From positions 4,370 to 68,369 of the forward strand of contig JBHORK010000005.1 of assembly GCA_042565725.1 (NCBI GenBank): 64,000 nucleotides of DNA, in the 5' to 3' direction. The notes under the pieces were generated by a model that had not been told where the DNA came from, searched no databases, and was given only the letters and a program-made list of their open reading frames with translations. Shown here piece after piece: positions 1 to 10,110 of this stretch (within the stretch, counting starts at the first letter, position 1; every line of letters begins with the position of its first letter). The stretch comes from Verrucomicrobiota bacterium (GTDB lineage: Bacteria > Verrucomicrobiota > Kiritimatiellia > UBA8416 > JBHORK01). The translations under genes were made by a program, and so were the position numbers.

Positions 1-368
1 TTAGAGGGATTAAATATTCTGAAAAGATTATCGTAAATTTCCAGAGGTACACCCGCCTGCCCCATATAGTTAGTGTAACTACCATCCGCAATTGCCTCGG
101 GTAATTGTTTATTAAGATCAATACCTTTAATTACGCCCCTGTTGTTTTTGGTACGATCTCGGTTCCAGCTTCCGGAAGTAAGCTCGAGAATACTGGAGGT
201 ATTCCAATGAATAAATATACCGAACCGCGCTTTTCGCCACCATTTAATCCGTTCCGGCCGACTTTTCCTGAAAGAGTTCCAAAAAGGATCTTCCTCTTTA
301 GGAACCTCAACTGCGGACACAATTCTCGCGCATAAAAAAAACAGTAAAATCAAGAAAAGGTTCTTCAC
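1..368 (-). CDS. alpha-L-fucosidase, GH29 family (N-terminal part; gene runs off the window start)
   Basis: Absent from the ORF track because it has no in-window stop. Manual minus-strand translation from GTG at 368 gives VKNLFLILLFFLCARIVSAVEVPKEEDPFWNSFRKSRPERIKWWRKARFGIFIHWNTSS...EIYDNLFRIFNPS, open to position 1. This is a signal peptide followed by the WWxxA(R/K)FG(I/F)F(I/V)HW opening seen in the GH29 paralogue at 8333-10090. A GGGGA SD-like motif lies 4 nt upstream. Confidence 0.6.
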   Translation of the reverse strand, partial: MKNLFLILLFFLCARIVSAVEVPKEEDPFWNSFRKSRPERIKWWRKARFGIFIHWNTSSILELTSGSWNRDRTKNNRGVIKGIDLNKQLPEAIADGSYTNYMGQAGVPLEIYDNLFRIFNPS

Positions 369-376
369 ACAATCCC

Positions 377-3300
377 CTATTTCTTTCCCATACAAATTAA
401 CGTTCCATCGGCAAGACTGATAAACAATTTACCGTCGGCGGCAGACATTCCGTCAAATACAGGAACAGTATCGAGTTTATATTCTGCCTGCTTAGAACCA
501 TCAACGGCAGATACAGCCCAGAGCATCCCGCCTCTTTCACCTTTAAATGCTAAGCTCTGTTCTTTCATTCTCTTCTTAAATTCAGGTTCATTGGAATGGC
601 CCCACATCTTCTTCTCATCTGCAACATCCGGAGGGCCGGCAACAAAAAGTGTTTTACCAGCCAGCACCATCGCACGCGCCATGACAGGCGGACGTTCAAT
701 CTTCCAGTTATAATCAACTGCAGTCAGTTCTGCTTCTTCAGCCCCGGCCCGTGCCTTCCAGTCAACAACTACACCAATCAGCTTACTTTCAGGATTCGGA
801 GTTTTCTTCGCGGAATACAGTCTGTACTCCAGAACAGAAGAATTAACCAGATATTCCGGATCACGCGCGTACCCAAACACAGCATCATCGTTGTACGCAA
901 GTATTCTTCCGCTGGGTACCATTCTGCCGGGAACAAACCATTGAGACCATCCTTCTCCCGCAGCCCTGCCGTAAATCCAATAGGAACGATGGAACCATGA
1001 ATCATCAAGAAAACCTGTTGGCGAAAAAAGATGTATACCTTCTCCTCTTTGTGACTTCATTCCCTCAGGCACCAAGTGTGTGCGTTTTCCGTTCAAATCG
1101 AAACGCTGTGCCCGCATATAAACAAATTTTCCATCACAAGACAGCATATCTGGCTGCGCGGTAGGCATATTCTTTTGCAGAGCGCCTCTGCCGCCAAATC
1201 CAGATATTTTTGTCTGCAGATTATCTTTTGTGCCGGGAACAAATTCGTCCATAGCATTTTCAGAAAGCAATTTACCGGTCAGCGGATCCAGGCGTATCAA
1301 TCTTAATCCACCGTCAAGAAACATGCTGCGTCCAGCAACAGCGTACGCGACATCACCATAGATCATGACTCCGCCGACAACCGGCCATTTAGATTCCACC
1401 TGATTAAATGCCACTATCCTCTGATCATAAGGGGCAACCCTGAAACGCCATACCAATTCCCCGTGGTCAGCTTTCAAGCAGTAAACAAAACCATCTGCAG
1501 AACCGAAAAGCAGGGTGCCTTTATAAAATGTCGGGGGAGAATCAATACGGCCGCCAACCGTATACGACCATTTTTGCTTGCCTGATCCTGAATCAAGACA
1601 GTAAAGAACATGACTTCCCTTATCGGCAACATAAAGATTACCGGCAACCACCACCGGCTGAGTCAACTCTCCGGCAAGACCTACTGTCCATATTCTTTTC
1701 AAATCAGCAGGCACCTTTGATACAGTAGAGCCGGAACGTGCGGAATCGTGTCTGTACATGGGCCAGTCTTCCAATTTCGGATTTCGGATTTCGGATTTCG
1801 GATTTTTTCCGAAGCCGGAGCCTTGTTCCAGTCTTGGAGGGGGATTTTGAACTACTGTCTGTTTTTCACCTGAAAGGGCCTTCATGCCGGGCAGTCTGGA
1901 TTGGTAATAACATGCGCATGCATCCGGCGGCACATAAAGCATGCCGTTTGCCGGCATAACACCGTAAAAGCAACCGCCCCTGACCCAATTATTCATATCC
2001 CAAGTCTCAGCTTCGCGATCAACAAACTCTGTGCCATTCCACGATGTTATAAAATAACGCTCAGTAGCTTTGCCCTGGTAGCATCTCTGATGCATGGCAG
2101 CAATCTTCAGACCAGGAAGAAAGCTTTTCTTGACCTTACCGGTCCGAATATCATAACCCTTAAAAATACCGGAGTCTCTCACATTCGCAATGTGCGCACC
2201 CCACACCAGATCACCTACAACAAACATATCTGCCGGTGAAAAATGACCTGAAGCAGGAAAATCGGAACTCCACAAAAACTCTCCCGTATCCGCAGAATAT
2301 GCATTAATCATCCGCTTTGTTCCGACCAATAGCACATCATTCTTAAGAACAACCATCGCCCCTGATGAAGTAATAGCCCCCCCTATCCCGTTTTTGATCT
2401 CCTTGCGCCACACTTTCTTGCCATCCAAAGGATTCAAACAGACAATGGCCTGGCCCTCGTGATAAATAATTTTCTTTTCGTTCGCAACAAGACTGAATGG
2501 CACAACAATTGATTTATGCTCCCATATCTTTTCACCTGTCTCCGCGTCAAGCGCCACAATAGATCGCTCTTTTTTATCCCATCCCCAGCGCCTTGAGGCC
2601 CTGTCACGTTCCGTCCAGCAATTTGCGTTTTCCTGCGCATAGTTTATAGTTTTCTGTTCGGCCCTAACCAACGCGTATACCCTGCCGCTGGAAACAAGAA
2701 TCTCCTCGGTCGTTTTTGTGTCTTCGCAGGTTTTAAGAACTTTACCGGTAGCGGCATCAAGAATTATCATAGGTTCATTCAAACCCAGTGCGGCATAAAG
2801 TTTGTTGCCTGACGCAACCAGTCGCCTGGTGTTCTGGATTGGTCCGCTTTTCAATGGAAAAAGATGGTTATACCAATCTGGTACAGGTCTTCTCCATAAG
2901 ACAACCCCGCTGAACGCGTCCCGGGCGGTCAAAATCCATTCAGGCGGCAACTGAATAGATTCTTTAGGACCTTCATCCATTAAATAGAAATTTCTTCCGT
3001 TGGCAGACACCATGGCCTGAAGGCTGGATGTGTGTTCATGACTCCGGCCCCAGAGCGGTTTACCTACCCATTGCAGGCTGCGCGGCGGCGCCACAACTTT
3101 GTCGGTAGATACAGGATTATTGTCAGCGTCATGCAGGTAATGGGTCCAGTCGTCAATCTCCTTTGGGACAAGCTTTTTGAACATTGTCCAATCCTTGAGA
3201 CCCGAAGGAGATTGAGGTGTCAGGTGTCGGGTGTCAGGTTTCAGGGTGTTTGGCTGTTTAACCAACACTACGCCACGAGGCGCAAGAACTCTTTCGAGCT

Positions 3301-3658
3301 CGGAATTCGGAACGCGGAACGCGGAATTCACGACAATCAGGTTTACGAGATTATCGCTATACGGCAGATTCAAGCCGTCAAAGGTGTCAATCGAGATTTT
3401 CCCATAAAGCCCTTTGGATTGAATATACTTGCGTGCGGCATCAACTTTCTTTTGATCAGTATCGAGACCATGTACCAGATATTGCTCGCCGCCATACAAT
3501 GCGGATGTAAGTTCGGCATCCTTACATCCTATATGAACGACAAGTCCGCCTTTGACTCCTGATTTATCCAGGATTTCCTGGCCCGTTCCCGCAAACGCGG
3601 AAAACGTCATACTTATAAAAACGCAGTATATAAACATTAGTTTTTTCATGAAAAACAC
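377..3658 (-). CDS. secreted PQQ-like/BamB-like beta-propeller repeat protein with N-terminal class I SAM-methyltransferase-like domain
   Basis: 1093-aa ORF. Signal peptide (MKKLMFIYCVFISMTFSAFA; start probably 3649). Methyltransferase-like block (GLVVHIGCKD...LVHGLDTD...LPYSDNLVNLIVV...LERVLAPRGVVLV). Many repeats follow of the type 'G..LW' / 'DG.vYa.d..tG..lW', typical of PQQ-like propellers. Confidence 0.7.
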   Translation of the reverse strand: MFFMKKLMFIYCVFISMTFSAFAGTGQEILDKSGVKGGLVVHIGCKDAELTSALYGGEQYLVHGLDTDQKKVDAARKYIQSKGLYGKISIDTFDGLNLPYSDNLVNLIVVNSAFRVPNSELERVLAPRGVVLVKQPNTLKPDTRHLTPQSPSGLKDWTMFKKLVPKEIDDWTHYLHDADNNPVSTDKVVAPPRSLQWVGKPLWGRSHEHTSSLQAMVSANGRNFYLMDEGPKESIQLPPEWILTARDAFSGVVLWRRPVPDWYNHLFPLKSGPIQNTRRLVASGNKLYAALGLNEPMIILDAATGKVLKTCEDTKTTEEILVSSGRVYALVRAEQKTINYAQENANCWTERDRASRRWGWDKKERSIVALDAETGEKIWEHKSIVVPFSLVANEKKIIYHEGQAIVCLNPLDGKKVWRKEIKNGIGGAITSSGAMVVLKNDVLLVGTKRMINAYSADTGEFLWSSDFPASGHFSPADMFVVGDLVWGAHIANVRDSGIFKGYDIRTGKVKKSFLPGLKIAAMHQRCYQGKATERYFITSWNGTEFVDREAETWDMNNWVRGGCFYGVMPANGMLYVPPDACACYYQSRLPGMKALSGEKQTVVQNPPPRLEQGSGFGKNPKSEIRNPKLEDWPMYRHDSARSGSTVSKVPADLKRIWTVGLAGELTQPVVVAGNLYVADKGSHVLYCLDSGSGKQKWSYTVGGRIDSPPTFYKGTLLFGSADGFVYCLKADHGELVWRFRVAPYDQRIVAFNQVESKWPVVGGVMIYGDVAYAVAGRSMFLDGGLRLIRLDPLTGKLLSENAMDEFVPGTKDNLQTKISGFGGRGALQKNMPTAQPDMLSCDGKFVYMRAQRFDLNGKRTHLVPEGMKSQRGEGIHLFSPTGFLDDSWFHRSYWIYGRAAGEGWSQWFVPGRMVPSGRILAYNDDAVFGYARDPEYLVNSSVLEYRLYSAKKTPNPESKLIGVVVDWKARAGAEEAELTAVDYNWKIERPPVMARAMVLAGKTLFVAGPPDVADEKKMWGHSNEPEFKKRMKEQSLAFKGERGGMLWAVSAVDGSKQAEYKLDTVPVFDGMSAADGKLFISLADGTLICMGKK
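1775..1802. repeat. perfect heptanucleotide tandem array (TTTCGGA x4) inside the CDS
   Basis: tttcgga tttcgga tttcgga tttcgga read directly. Encodes NPKSEIRNPK on the minus strand. Confidence 0.9.
3216..3250. repeat. degenerate heptamer array (GGTGTCA-like x5) inside the CDS
   Basis: ggtgtca ggtgtcg ggtgtca ggtttca gggtgtt. Encodes ...NTLKPDTRHLTPQSP... on the minus strand. Confidence 0.8.
3301..3328. repeat. degenerate heptamer array (CGGAAYK x4) inside the CDS
   Basis: cggaatt cggaacg cggaacg cggaatt. Encodes NSAFRVPNSE within the methyltransferase-like domain. Confidence 0.8.
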
Positions 3659-3697
3659 CCCCTACAACACCAACTATTATGACAATAACCAAAAGGA

Positions 3698-6229
3698 TCA
3701 AAAAGTGACTTTTCGCGGTTTTCCAGGCTTTAACCCAACATCCTGCTTCTCGGTTTTATACTGCACACACAGCGTCTGCGCTACAGGCGACTCAAGCACA
3801 CATTTCTTCAATTGCCCGTTCTTCCACTCCATATTCACGATAATATTTCCGCGTGCCTTAAGACCGACGACGGAACCGGTCCCCCACGCATCCGGAAGCG
3901 CCGGCAAAAGGATCAAACGGCCCGGATAACTGTTCATCAGGCCTTCGGCAATACCAGCGGTAATCCCGAAATTGCCGTCTATCTGAAAAGGCGGATGCAG
4001 CGCAAACAGACTCGGCAGGAGCCTTCCCTTTAAGCGGTATGTCTTGTCCCTCTTCTCATCACCATCAACACCATCAAGACCGTAAACGGTCTCAACCGGA
4101 TTATCATACGGCTTGGCAAAACAGACAAACTGGCGATGGAACATGTCTTTGTCCCCTATACGAGCCCAGCAGGCCAGCCTGTGCGCCTGCCCCCAGCCGG
4201 TAGTTAAAAATTTTCGGTCAATAAGGCTGAGGCGACACGCTTCTGCAAGCTTCGGCGTATCTTCATGATTAATCTCTATCCCGGGATAAAGCGCCCACAT
4301 ATGAGATATGTGACGATGTCCTTTAGATGCCGAGTCACTACGATACCATTCCATCAAACGGCCGGGAGCCTTTTTCCCATCACCCGTGATTCCATCACGG
4401 GGCATCATAGAAAGAGCCTTACGAACCTCTTTCCGATAGTCCGAATCTATACCCAGAATCTCAGAGCCTTTAATGACATTGTGCATCAGTTCCCGCACGG
4501 ATTGAGAATCTATTGCTGCGGCAACACACATGCCTCCGTTTTCCGGCGAATGACTTGGCGCCGTAACCAACTCACCGGTTTCCGGATGTTTAACCAAAAC
4601 ACCTTTCATGAATGTGTTAAGAGCACCTTTCAAAACAGGATACATGCGCTTCAGATAATCCTCGTCCCTGTTATAATCGTAATGCCACCAGAGATGCTGA
4701 CACAGCCACGGCGTGGCAGAGGTGGCAATACTCCAGGATCCTCTATGCAGGGGAGAAGTGTAACCCCATACATTGCTTTGGATAAAATTTATCCAGCCGT
4801 CATCAACATTAAAATAGGCTTTAGCAGTTTTTTTACCGTTAGGAACAAGCACCTTCTCTATATAGTCGATCATGGTGCTGTGACATTCCGGCAGATTACA
4901 GATCTCTGCCGGCCACATATTCATCTGCAGATTGATATCAAGATGATAATCACCATTCCACGCGGGAGACAGGCTCTGGGCCCAGATACCCTGCAGATTT
5001 GGAGGCAGCCCGCCTTCGCGGCAGGAAGATATCAGAAGGTACCGTCCAAAGTTAAACACCACAGATGGATAAGACATATCTTTAGTCGGGTCCTTGGCAT
5101 GACGTTCCATGCGTTCTTCGATGCTCATATCGGCAAGTTCTTTGCTGTCCGGCCCGAACCGAAGATCCACGCGATTAAAAAGATTCTGATAATCGGCTAC
5201 ATGTCTCTGTTTAATATCTTCATAAGAAGTATTCCTCAATCTATTCAGATTTCTTCTTGCCGAAATACGAGGATCTTCTCCGCGTTTTCCATCAGGTCCC
5301 GCATAATCAGTCATGGAAGTCTGATAAAGAACTACACTCTCAGCATTGTGCACCGACAGAGTGGATCCATTAACCTCCACTCTGCCGCCAAGATTCAGCA
5401 CCCTCAGATAAGCGGCATATTTCATTCCTTCATCATTATCCGTATCGTCATAGTCAGGCACCTGCCCGTGCATAACCAATGTGTGGTCATCATGCTTTTC
5501 GGTTGTAAAACATTGACGGCGGTTCAGTGTAAGGCTGAAATTTATGCCTTCAGGACCATCTGCCGTAAATCGACTTGCGAAAACTTTATCGGGAAAGCTG
5601 ATAAAATGTTCACGACTGTGATGCTGTCCTTTAAAATCATAATCAACCGTGGCAACCGCTGTCCGCATATCCAGTGTACGGCGATAGTTGTCGACCTTAT
5701 CTTTTTCCAAGATATTCTTAAAACTGATCATTAACGAGCCGAGATTCTGATAGGAAGCAAACGGAGTACGGCCTTGAAGACTTTTTCCGTCTTTATCCTT
5801 TAATGCCGCGCCGGTACCATTTCCAACGCAAAGAAAATGTTTCTCAATATAGGCCTGAGCCTCTTTTCTTCCTCTTCCATCCTTATCAGCAGCTAGAAGC
5901 ATTTCCTGTATTTTCGGTAAATACTTATAGGCGTCCGGTTTATCAGCCTCCTGCGGACCTCCGCCCCAGAGAGTAAGCTCATTCAGGACGATCCTTTCTT
6001 TATAAGGATTACCCAGGAGCGCGGCGCCCTGCCGACCGTTTCCAAGCGGAACACCATAATAAATAGCCATTCTGTCCGGCCATATTTTGAAAATATTGGT
6101 TGTGCTGACAACCGTTTCCTGCGCCCGCAATTGAACCGGTCGCAATTCAACCGGTCGCAATCCCTTAGACTTACAACCTGCAACACACATCACTGATATT
6201 AAAACTGCCGCATATATCCATTTATTCAT
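3698..6229 (-). CDS. glycoside hydrolase family 95 (alpha-L-fucosidase-like)
   Basis: 843-aa ORF with a lipoprotein-type signal (VAGCKS). GH95-like blocks: NELTLWGGGPQ, NLQGIWA...WNGDYHLDINLQMNMWPA, HRHISHMWALYPG, FQIDGNFGITAGIAE. Confidence 0.85.
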   Translation of the reverse strand: MNKWIYAAVLISVMCVAGCKSKGLRPVELRPVQLRAQETVVSTTNIFKIWPDRMAIYYGVPLGNGRQGAALLGNPYKERIVLNELTLWGGGPQEADKPDAYKYLPKIQEMLLAADKDGRGRKEAQAYIEKHFLCVGNGTGAALKDKDGKSLQGRTPFASYQNLGSLMISFKNILEKDKVDNYRRTLDMRTAVATVDYDFKGQHHSREHFISFPDKVFASRFTADGPEGINFSLTLNRRQCFTTEKHDDHTLVMHGQVPDYDDTDNDEGMKYAAYLRVLNLGGRVEVNGSTLSVHNAESVVLYQTSMTDYAGPDGKRGEDPRISARRNLNRLRNTSYEDIKQRHVADYQNLFNRVDLRFGPDSKELADMSIEERMERHAKDPTKDMSYPSVVFNFGRYLLISSCREGGLPPNLQGIWAQSLSPAWNGDYHLDINLQMNMWPAEICNLPECHSTMIDYIEKVLVPNGKKTAKAYFNVDDGWINFIQSNVWGYTSPLHRGSWSIATSATPWLCQHLWWHYDYNRDEDYLKRMYPVLKGALNTFMKGVLVKHPETGELVTAPSHSPENGGMCVAAAIDSQSVRELMHNVIKGSEILGIDSDYRKEVRKALSMMPRDGITGDGKKAPGRLMEWYRSDSASKGHRHISHMWALYPGIEINHEDTPKLAEACRLSLIDRKFLTTGWGQAHRLACWARIGDKDMFHRQFVCFAKPYDNPVETVYGLDGVDGDEKRDKTYRLKGRLLPSLFALHPPFQIDGNFGITAGIAEGLMNSYPGRLILLPALPDAWGTGSVVGLKARGNIIVNMEWKNGQLKKCVLESPVAQTLCVQYKTEKQDVGLKPGKPRKVTF

Positions 6230-6414
6230 AAGTAGAACCTTTCTGCAAATATGCGCTCATTAATAACATAGTGGTTATGGATAAAACACCGCAATAAAGG
6301 CTATTATGACAGACAATAAGGAGGCCAGCGGGAAACATAGCTGGCATTTTTTACCGCCCTTTTCAGGGGCAACTACCTAGAACTTGTCCAAAAAGGTCAC
6401 TAGCTTAAAAACCC

Positions 6415-6540
6415 TAATATCTAAGCACTAAACAATATCAAATAACCAAAATATAAAATACAAAACAAAGACACGAGAAAAGCAGAAGTTTTGAACATTA
6501 AATCATTTGATTTTAGGATTTGTTTAGGATTTAGATATTA
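6415..6540. repeat. long imperfect intergenic hairpin with 7-nt periodic arms
   Basis: Left arm taatatctaagcactaaaca... and right arm ...tgtttaggatttagatatta are imperfect reverse complements. The arms parse as taatatc|taagcac|taaacaa|tatcaaa|taaccaa. Confidence 0.7.
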
Positions 6541-6554
6541 AATATTAGAGCTTC

Positions 6555-6578
6555 CCATTTGAAAACCTTTTCAAATGG
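6555..6578 (-). terminator. hairpin directly after the GH29 stop codon
   Basis: ccatttgaaaa-cc-ttttcaaatgg is an 11-nt perfect inverted repeat 4 nt downstream of the stop at 6582. No clean U-tract, so it is weak as an intrinsic terminator. Confidence 0.4.
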
Positions 6579-6581
6579 AGT

Positions 6582-8039
6582 CTATTTAGAATCTTCAGAT
6601 GCTCGAATCACAGAGAGTGTGCTGATAACCGGACACGCGCGAGAACGTGTAATAGTTAAGCGAACTTTCTGAGCTTTCAAGCCTTTTTCTTCCCAGTGAA
6701 TTCTCTTAAATCCTATGGTTGTACCGTCGAACACTTTTTTCCATGAAGAACCGTCCCACACTTCAATGTAATGTTCGGCCACACGCTGACCAAGCGGGAT
6801 ATATTCACGGACAATAACACCATTGATATCCGTTAATTCTCCCAGATTGAGTTCTATCCGGGCAGTAGTAACATTATCGTCGGTGGCATAATATGTTTCA
6901 TAGTTATTATCCAGCAGGTTCTCAGGTGCATATTGCAAATCATTGCCACGCACGGTATCGGCAGATATCGGCTTACCGACAGCGATATTCCGAGCGTAGA
7001 TACCGTCAACCCATTCTTTAAACTCTTTCAGGCGCGGAATGGATGCCGGATCAATAAGTCCGTCCCTGTTCGGCCCAAGGTTAATCAAAGCAACACCATT
7101 GCGGCCAACAGATGTCATATAGATTTTCTGCAACTTCGAAAGATCACATATAGGCTTGCCGTTCCAGAACCAGCCACCTTGTGCTATCGCATCAGCTTCC
7201 GCCGGAAACCATATTGCATTTTCGTCGACTTTAAGATTCTCGTCCGGAGCGGGCCAGACACTCCAGTTAGGGTCACCGGCATTACCTGCCTCATTGCGCG
7301 GCCAGCGCACACCCGAACGCTCCATATTCGGAAGAGGATCAGCGCGGAAAACAATCATATTAGGCTGATGCTTTTGAAAGATGGCTGCTATAGCAGCCCA
7401 ATCAAGGGTTCCCATCTGTTTCGCGTTACAACCGTCAAACCAGAACTCATCTACAACACCATATTTTGTGCACAGTTCAGTGATCTGTTTCTCAAAGAAT
7501 TTTTGATAGTCTTTTATATGTTCTTTGAATTTTTGTCCTTCAGTAATACGGTCAGGACCAGATACTTTATAATTCATATCCCAGACCGACATATATATAC
7601 CGAACAGCATATCCGCCTCATGGCAGGCATCGGCAACTTCCTTAATGACATCACCTTTCCCATTTTTCCATGGCGAGGATTCGACGCCGAAATCGCTTGT
7701 TTCCGTCTGCCAGTTGCAGGATCCTTCATGATGCTTTGCGGTCAAAACGATACCTTTAAACCCTCCAGCCTTAGCCGCACGAACCCATTGTTTCGCATCG
7801 AACTTTTTGGGGTTGAACTTCTGCATATCCTCTTTTCCCGAGCCCCTGCCGTACTTGTCAGGATAATAAGTTTTTACGCCAAAATGAGCAAACATCAGCA
7901 ATTCTTTATGCTGCCAGGCCATTTGATGTTTTGACGGCACGGGCAAAATGGGTTTAGGGGGTTCAACAGCACTGGACAATTCAGCATTTAAAAGTCCTAT
8001 TACGAAACAAATAACGATCAGCAATACATTCTTCTTCAT
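6582..8039 (-). CDS. alpha-L-fucosidase GH29 with C-terminal F5/8 type C (discoidin)-like domain
   Basis: 485 aa with signal peptide. GH29 core (MFAHFGVKTYY..., LTAKHHEGSCNWQTETSDF, ADACHEADMLFGIYMSVWD, EFWFDG). C-terminal beta-sandwich-like region (GVIVREYIPLGQRVAEHYIEVWDGSSWKKV). Confidence 0.85.
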   Translation of the reverse strand: MKKNVLLIVICFVIGLLNAELSSAVEPPKPILPVPSKHQMAWQHKELLMFAHFGVKTYYPDKYGRGSGKEDMQKFNPKKFDAKQWVRAAKAGGFKGIVLTAKHHEGSCNWQTETSDFGVESSPWKNGKGDVIKEVADACHEADMLFGIYMSVWDMNYKVSGPDRITEGQKFKEHIKDYQKFFEKQITELCTKYGVVDEFWFDGCNAKQMGTLDWAAIAAIFQKHQPNMIVFRADPLPNMERSGVRWPRNEAGNAGDPNWSVWPAPDENLKVDENAIWFPAEADAIAQGGWFWNGKPICDLSKLQKIYMTSVGRNGVALINLGPNRDGLIDPASIPRLKEFKEWVDGIYARNIAVGKPISADTVRGNDLQYAPENLLDNNYETYYATDDNVTTARIELNLGELTDINGVIVREYIPLGQRVAEHYIEVWDGSSWKKVFDGTTIGFKRIHWEEKGLKAQKVRLTITRSRACPVISTLSVIRASEDSK

Positions 8040-8099
8040 TCTTCCTCCATTTGTTATGAATATTTAGACTTCTGCAAAATGAATAAATTTTGTAGAAGT

Positions 8100-8217
8100 C
8101 GATACGAGATATGAGATTCAAGATGCGGGATAAGAATTGGCAAGATGTTTGATTGCAAAGTCTTACACTTTCCATTCTTTCCGCTATCTCGGATCCCGCA
8201 TCACATATCCTGTATCG
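8100..8217. repeat. imperfect intergenic hairpin with GATNNNN heptamer arms
   Basis: cgatacgagatatgagattcaagatgcggga (8100-8130) pairs with the reverse complement of tcccgcatcacatatcctgtatcg (8194-8217). The left arm parses as gatacga|gatatga|gattcaa|gatgcgg|gataaga. Confidence 0.7.
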
Positions 8218-8332
8218 GTTCTGTGAAATTATTTAATTTCGCAGAACTTTATATGAATATTACAAAGTTTGAACTATAAGCATTTCCTTTTTGTTCTGTC
8301 AATAGTGGTAAATGTTTTAAAAAATCGAATAT

Positions 8333-10090
8333 TTATTCCGTATAATAAAGATCAAATGTTTCTATATTGGCGCTTTTACCCAGATTCAATCTGACATACT
8401 GCGCTGTGATCGGCTCAATCTGTTCAGAAAGCTCAGATAATTTTTCGCCTTTCAAAAAAGTCTGCCACTTCCCCGAGTCATCTTTATATTCAATCCAATA
8501 TTTCCTGGCATGTCCTTTTCCTGCGTACGCCACAATATGATTAAACTTCATGGGTTTACCCAGATCCAACATTACCCATGGTTTCTCGTCCTCATTCTCA
8601 GCAGACCACTGCTTTGCAACTCTACCTGTCCGAGAAAAAATTTCTTCCTTATCTTTTACAAGTGAAGAGGCGTCCATTTTCTTATTCCTTGATATTCGGA
8701 AACTTGAGCATGACGCTTTTTTGCCGAGGTTAAGCGGAACCAGTGATATCTTTTCCGGTTCTATTCCTGACGCCTGTCCGTCCAGCTCCAGCTCGATGAT
8801 AGTATCCATTTGGTTGTGATGCTTGGAAGCTAACTTGATTTCAAGTTTGTCGTTCTTCTCCTTGAACTTTGGCTTGCCGCCTGTAAGTGCACGGCAGGAT
8901 TTCACCTTTATGCCGGGCGAAGGTATCGTAATGGTATCGTTCTGCCATATGGGATGAAGTATATGCAGATAAATACGGTTATCCTTATGAGTGGAAACCC
9001 CGAACGGACCCGGCTTGTACGGCCCGCACCTGGTGCCATAGATGCTATCGCCGTATTTCTCGAGCCACTGCCCAATCTCAATATATCTTTTAACATGCGG
9101 TTCGTGCAGCGTGCCTTCCGGAGTTGGACCCGTATTCAAGGCAAAGTTCCCTCCCATACCTGCACAGCGAACAAGAGCGCGTATCAGGTATTCGAATGAT
9201 TTAGGTTCCGACGGACCACACCAGGACCATGGTCCGCCGATGGTCATGCATGTCTCCCACGGACGTTTCGGAGAAAAAACGCCAAGATGCTGTTCAGGTG
9301 TCTGGTAATCGCCCCATTTCTGTGCCTGATGACTGATTCTGGTATTAACGAGTAACCCCGGCTGAAGTGTACGAATCATTTTTAAAAGTTCAAGGCCATC
9401 CCACATGGCCGGATTTTTACCCAGGCCGTCAAACCAGAATCCATCTATTTTGCCGTAATTTGTGCATAATTCCCTGAGCTGATTATGGAGATGGACAACA
9501 AACCTTGGATGGTTCTCTGTATTATAGTCCGGATGATGCCAGTCCGGCTGTGAAAGATACCAGAATATTTTTATACCGGCCTCATGACATGCGTCCGCAA
9601 GCTCTTTGGATACATCCCGTTTAAAAGGCGTGCTCATGATATCGTAATCAGTGTATTTGCTGTCGAACATGCTGAAACCATCATGGTGCTTGGTTGTGAA
9701 AATAAAATATTTGGCGCCTGACTTCTTCATCACGTCGACCCACTCTTTAGCGTTGAATTTAACAGGGTTAAACTGTTTATAGAAATTGTCATATATTTCC
9801 AAAGGTATCTTACCGGGGTTAGGATCGGGAAGGTCTTCCCCTATCCTGCCGCGACCGCGGGAATGACTTATGGTTTTCCCGCCTATAACAGCCGGACCCC
9901 AATGTACAAAGAACCCGAATTTAGCGTCCTTCCACCACTTCATATGTTCTTCCGGAGCATAGACGTATTTTTCATATCCCGGAGGAATATCCTCTATCGG
10001 CTCCACCTTATATTCAGCGCGAACAAATGTTGCAACGCTCAGCGTGAAGATGAAGGCTGCAATCAGTATAAGTTTTGATTTCAATAGCAT
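8333..10090 (-). CDS. alpha-L-fucosidase GH29 with C-terminal F5/8 type C-like domain
   Basis: 585 aa with signal peptide. MKWWKDAKFGFFVHWG, TTKHHDGFSMFDSKYTDYD, ADACHEAGIKIFWYLS, DGFWFDG. C-terminus KPWVMLDLGKPMKFNHIV...YWIEYKDDSGKWQTF. Confidence 0.85.
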   Translation of the reverse strand: MLLKSKLILIAAFIFTLSVATFVRAEYKVEPIEDIPPGYEKYVYAPEEHMKWWKDAKFGFFVHWGPAVIGGKTISHSRGRGRIGEDLPDPNPGKIPLEIYDNFYKQFNPVKFNAKEWVDVMKKSGAKYFIFTTKHHDGFSMFDSKYTDYDIMSTPFKRDVSKELADACHEAGIKIFWYLSQPDWHHPDYNTENHPRFVVHLHNQLRELCTNYGKIDGFWFDGLGKNPAMWDGLELLKMIRTLQPGLLVNTRISHQAQKWGDYQTPEQHLGVFSPKRPWETCMTIGGPWSWCGPSEPKSFEYLIRALVRCAGMGGNFALNTGPTPEGTLHEPHVKRYIEIGQWLEKYGDSIYGTRCGPYKPGPFGVSTHKDNRIYLHILHPIWQNDTITIPSPGIKVKSCRALTGGKPKFKEKNDKLEIKLASKHHNQMDTIIELELDGQASGIEPEKISLVPLNLGKKASCSSFRISRNKKMDASSLVKDKEEIFSRTGRVAKQWSAENEDEKPWVMLDLGKPMKFNHIVAYAGKGHARKYWIEYKDDSGKWQTFLKGEKLSELSEQIEPITAQYVRLNLGKSANIETFDLYYTE

Positions 10091-10110
10091 ATTCCTTTTC
10101 GTAATTATTC

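Noticed and set aside
105-335. 76-aa (+) and 63-aa (-) ORFs at the window start
   Set aside because: Both overlap, in other frames, the unlisted minus-strand frame that encodes a convincing GH29 N-terminus (KWWRKARFGIFIHW).
4265-5734. 489-aa plus-strand ORF
   Set aside because: It lies entirely antisense to the strongly supported GH95 gene. The translation is low-complexity (I/R/H/F-rich) with no recognisable motifs. It is a typical shadow ORF.
6933-7934. 333-aa plus-strand ORF
   Set aside because: It is antisense to the GH29 fucosidase at 6582-8039. It has no motifs, RBS or signal features.
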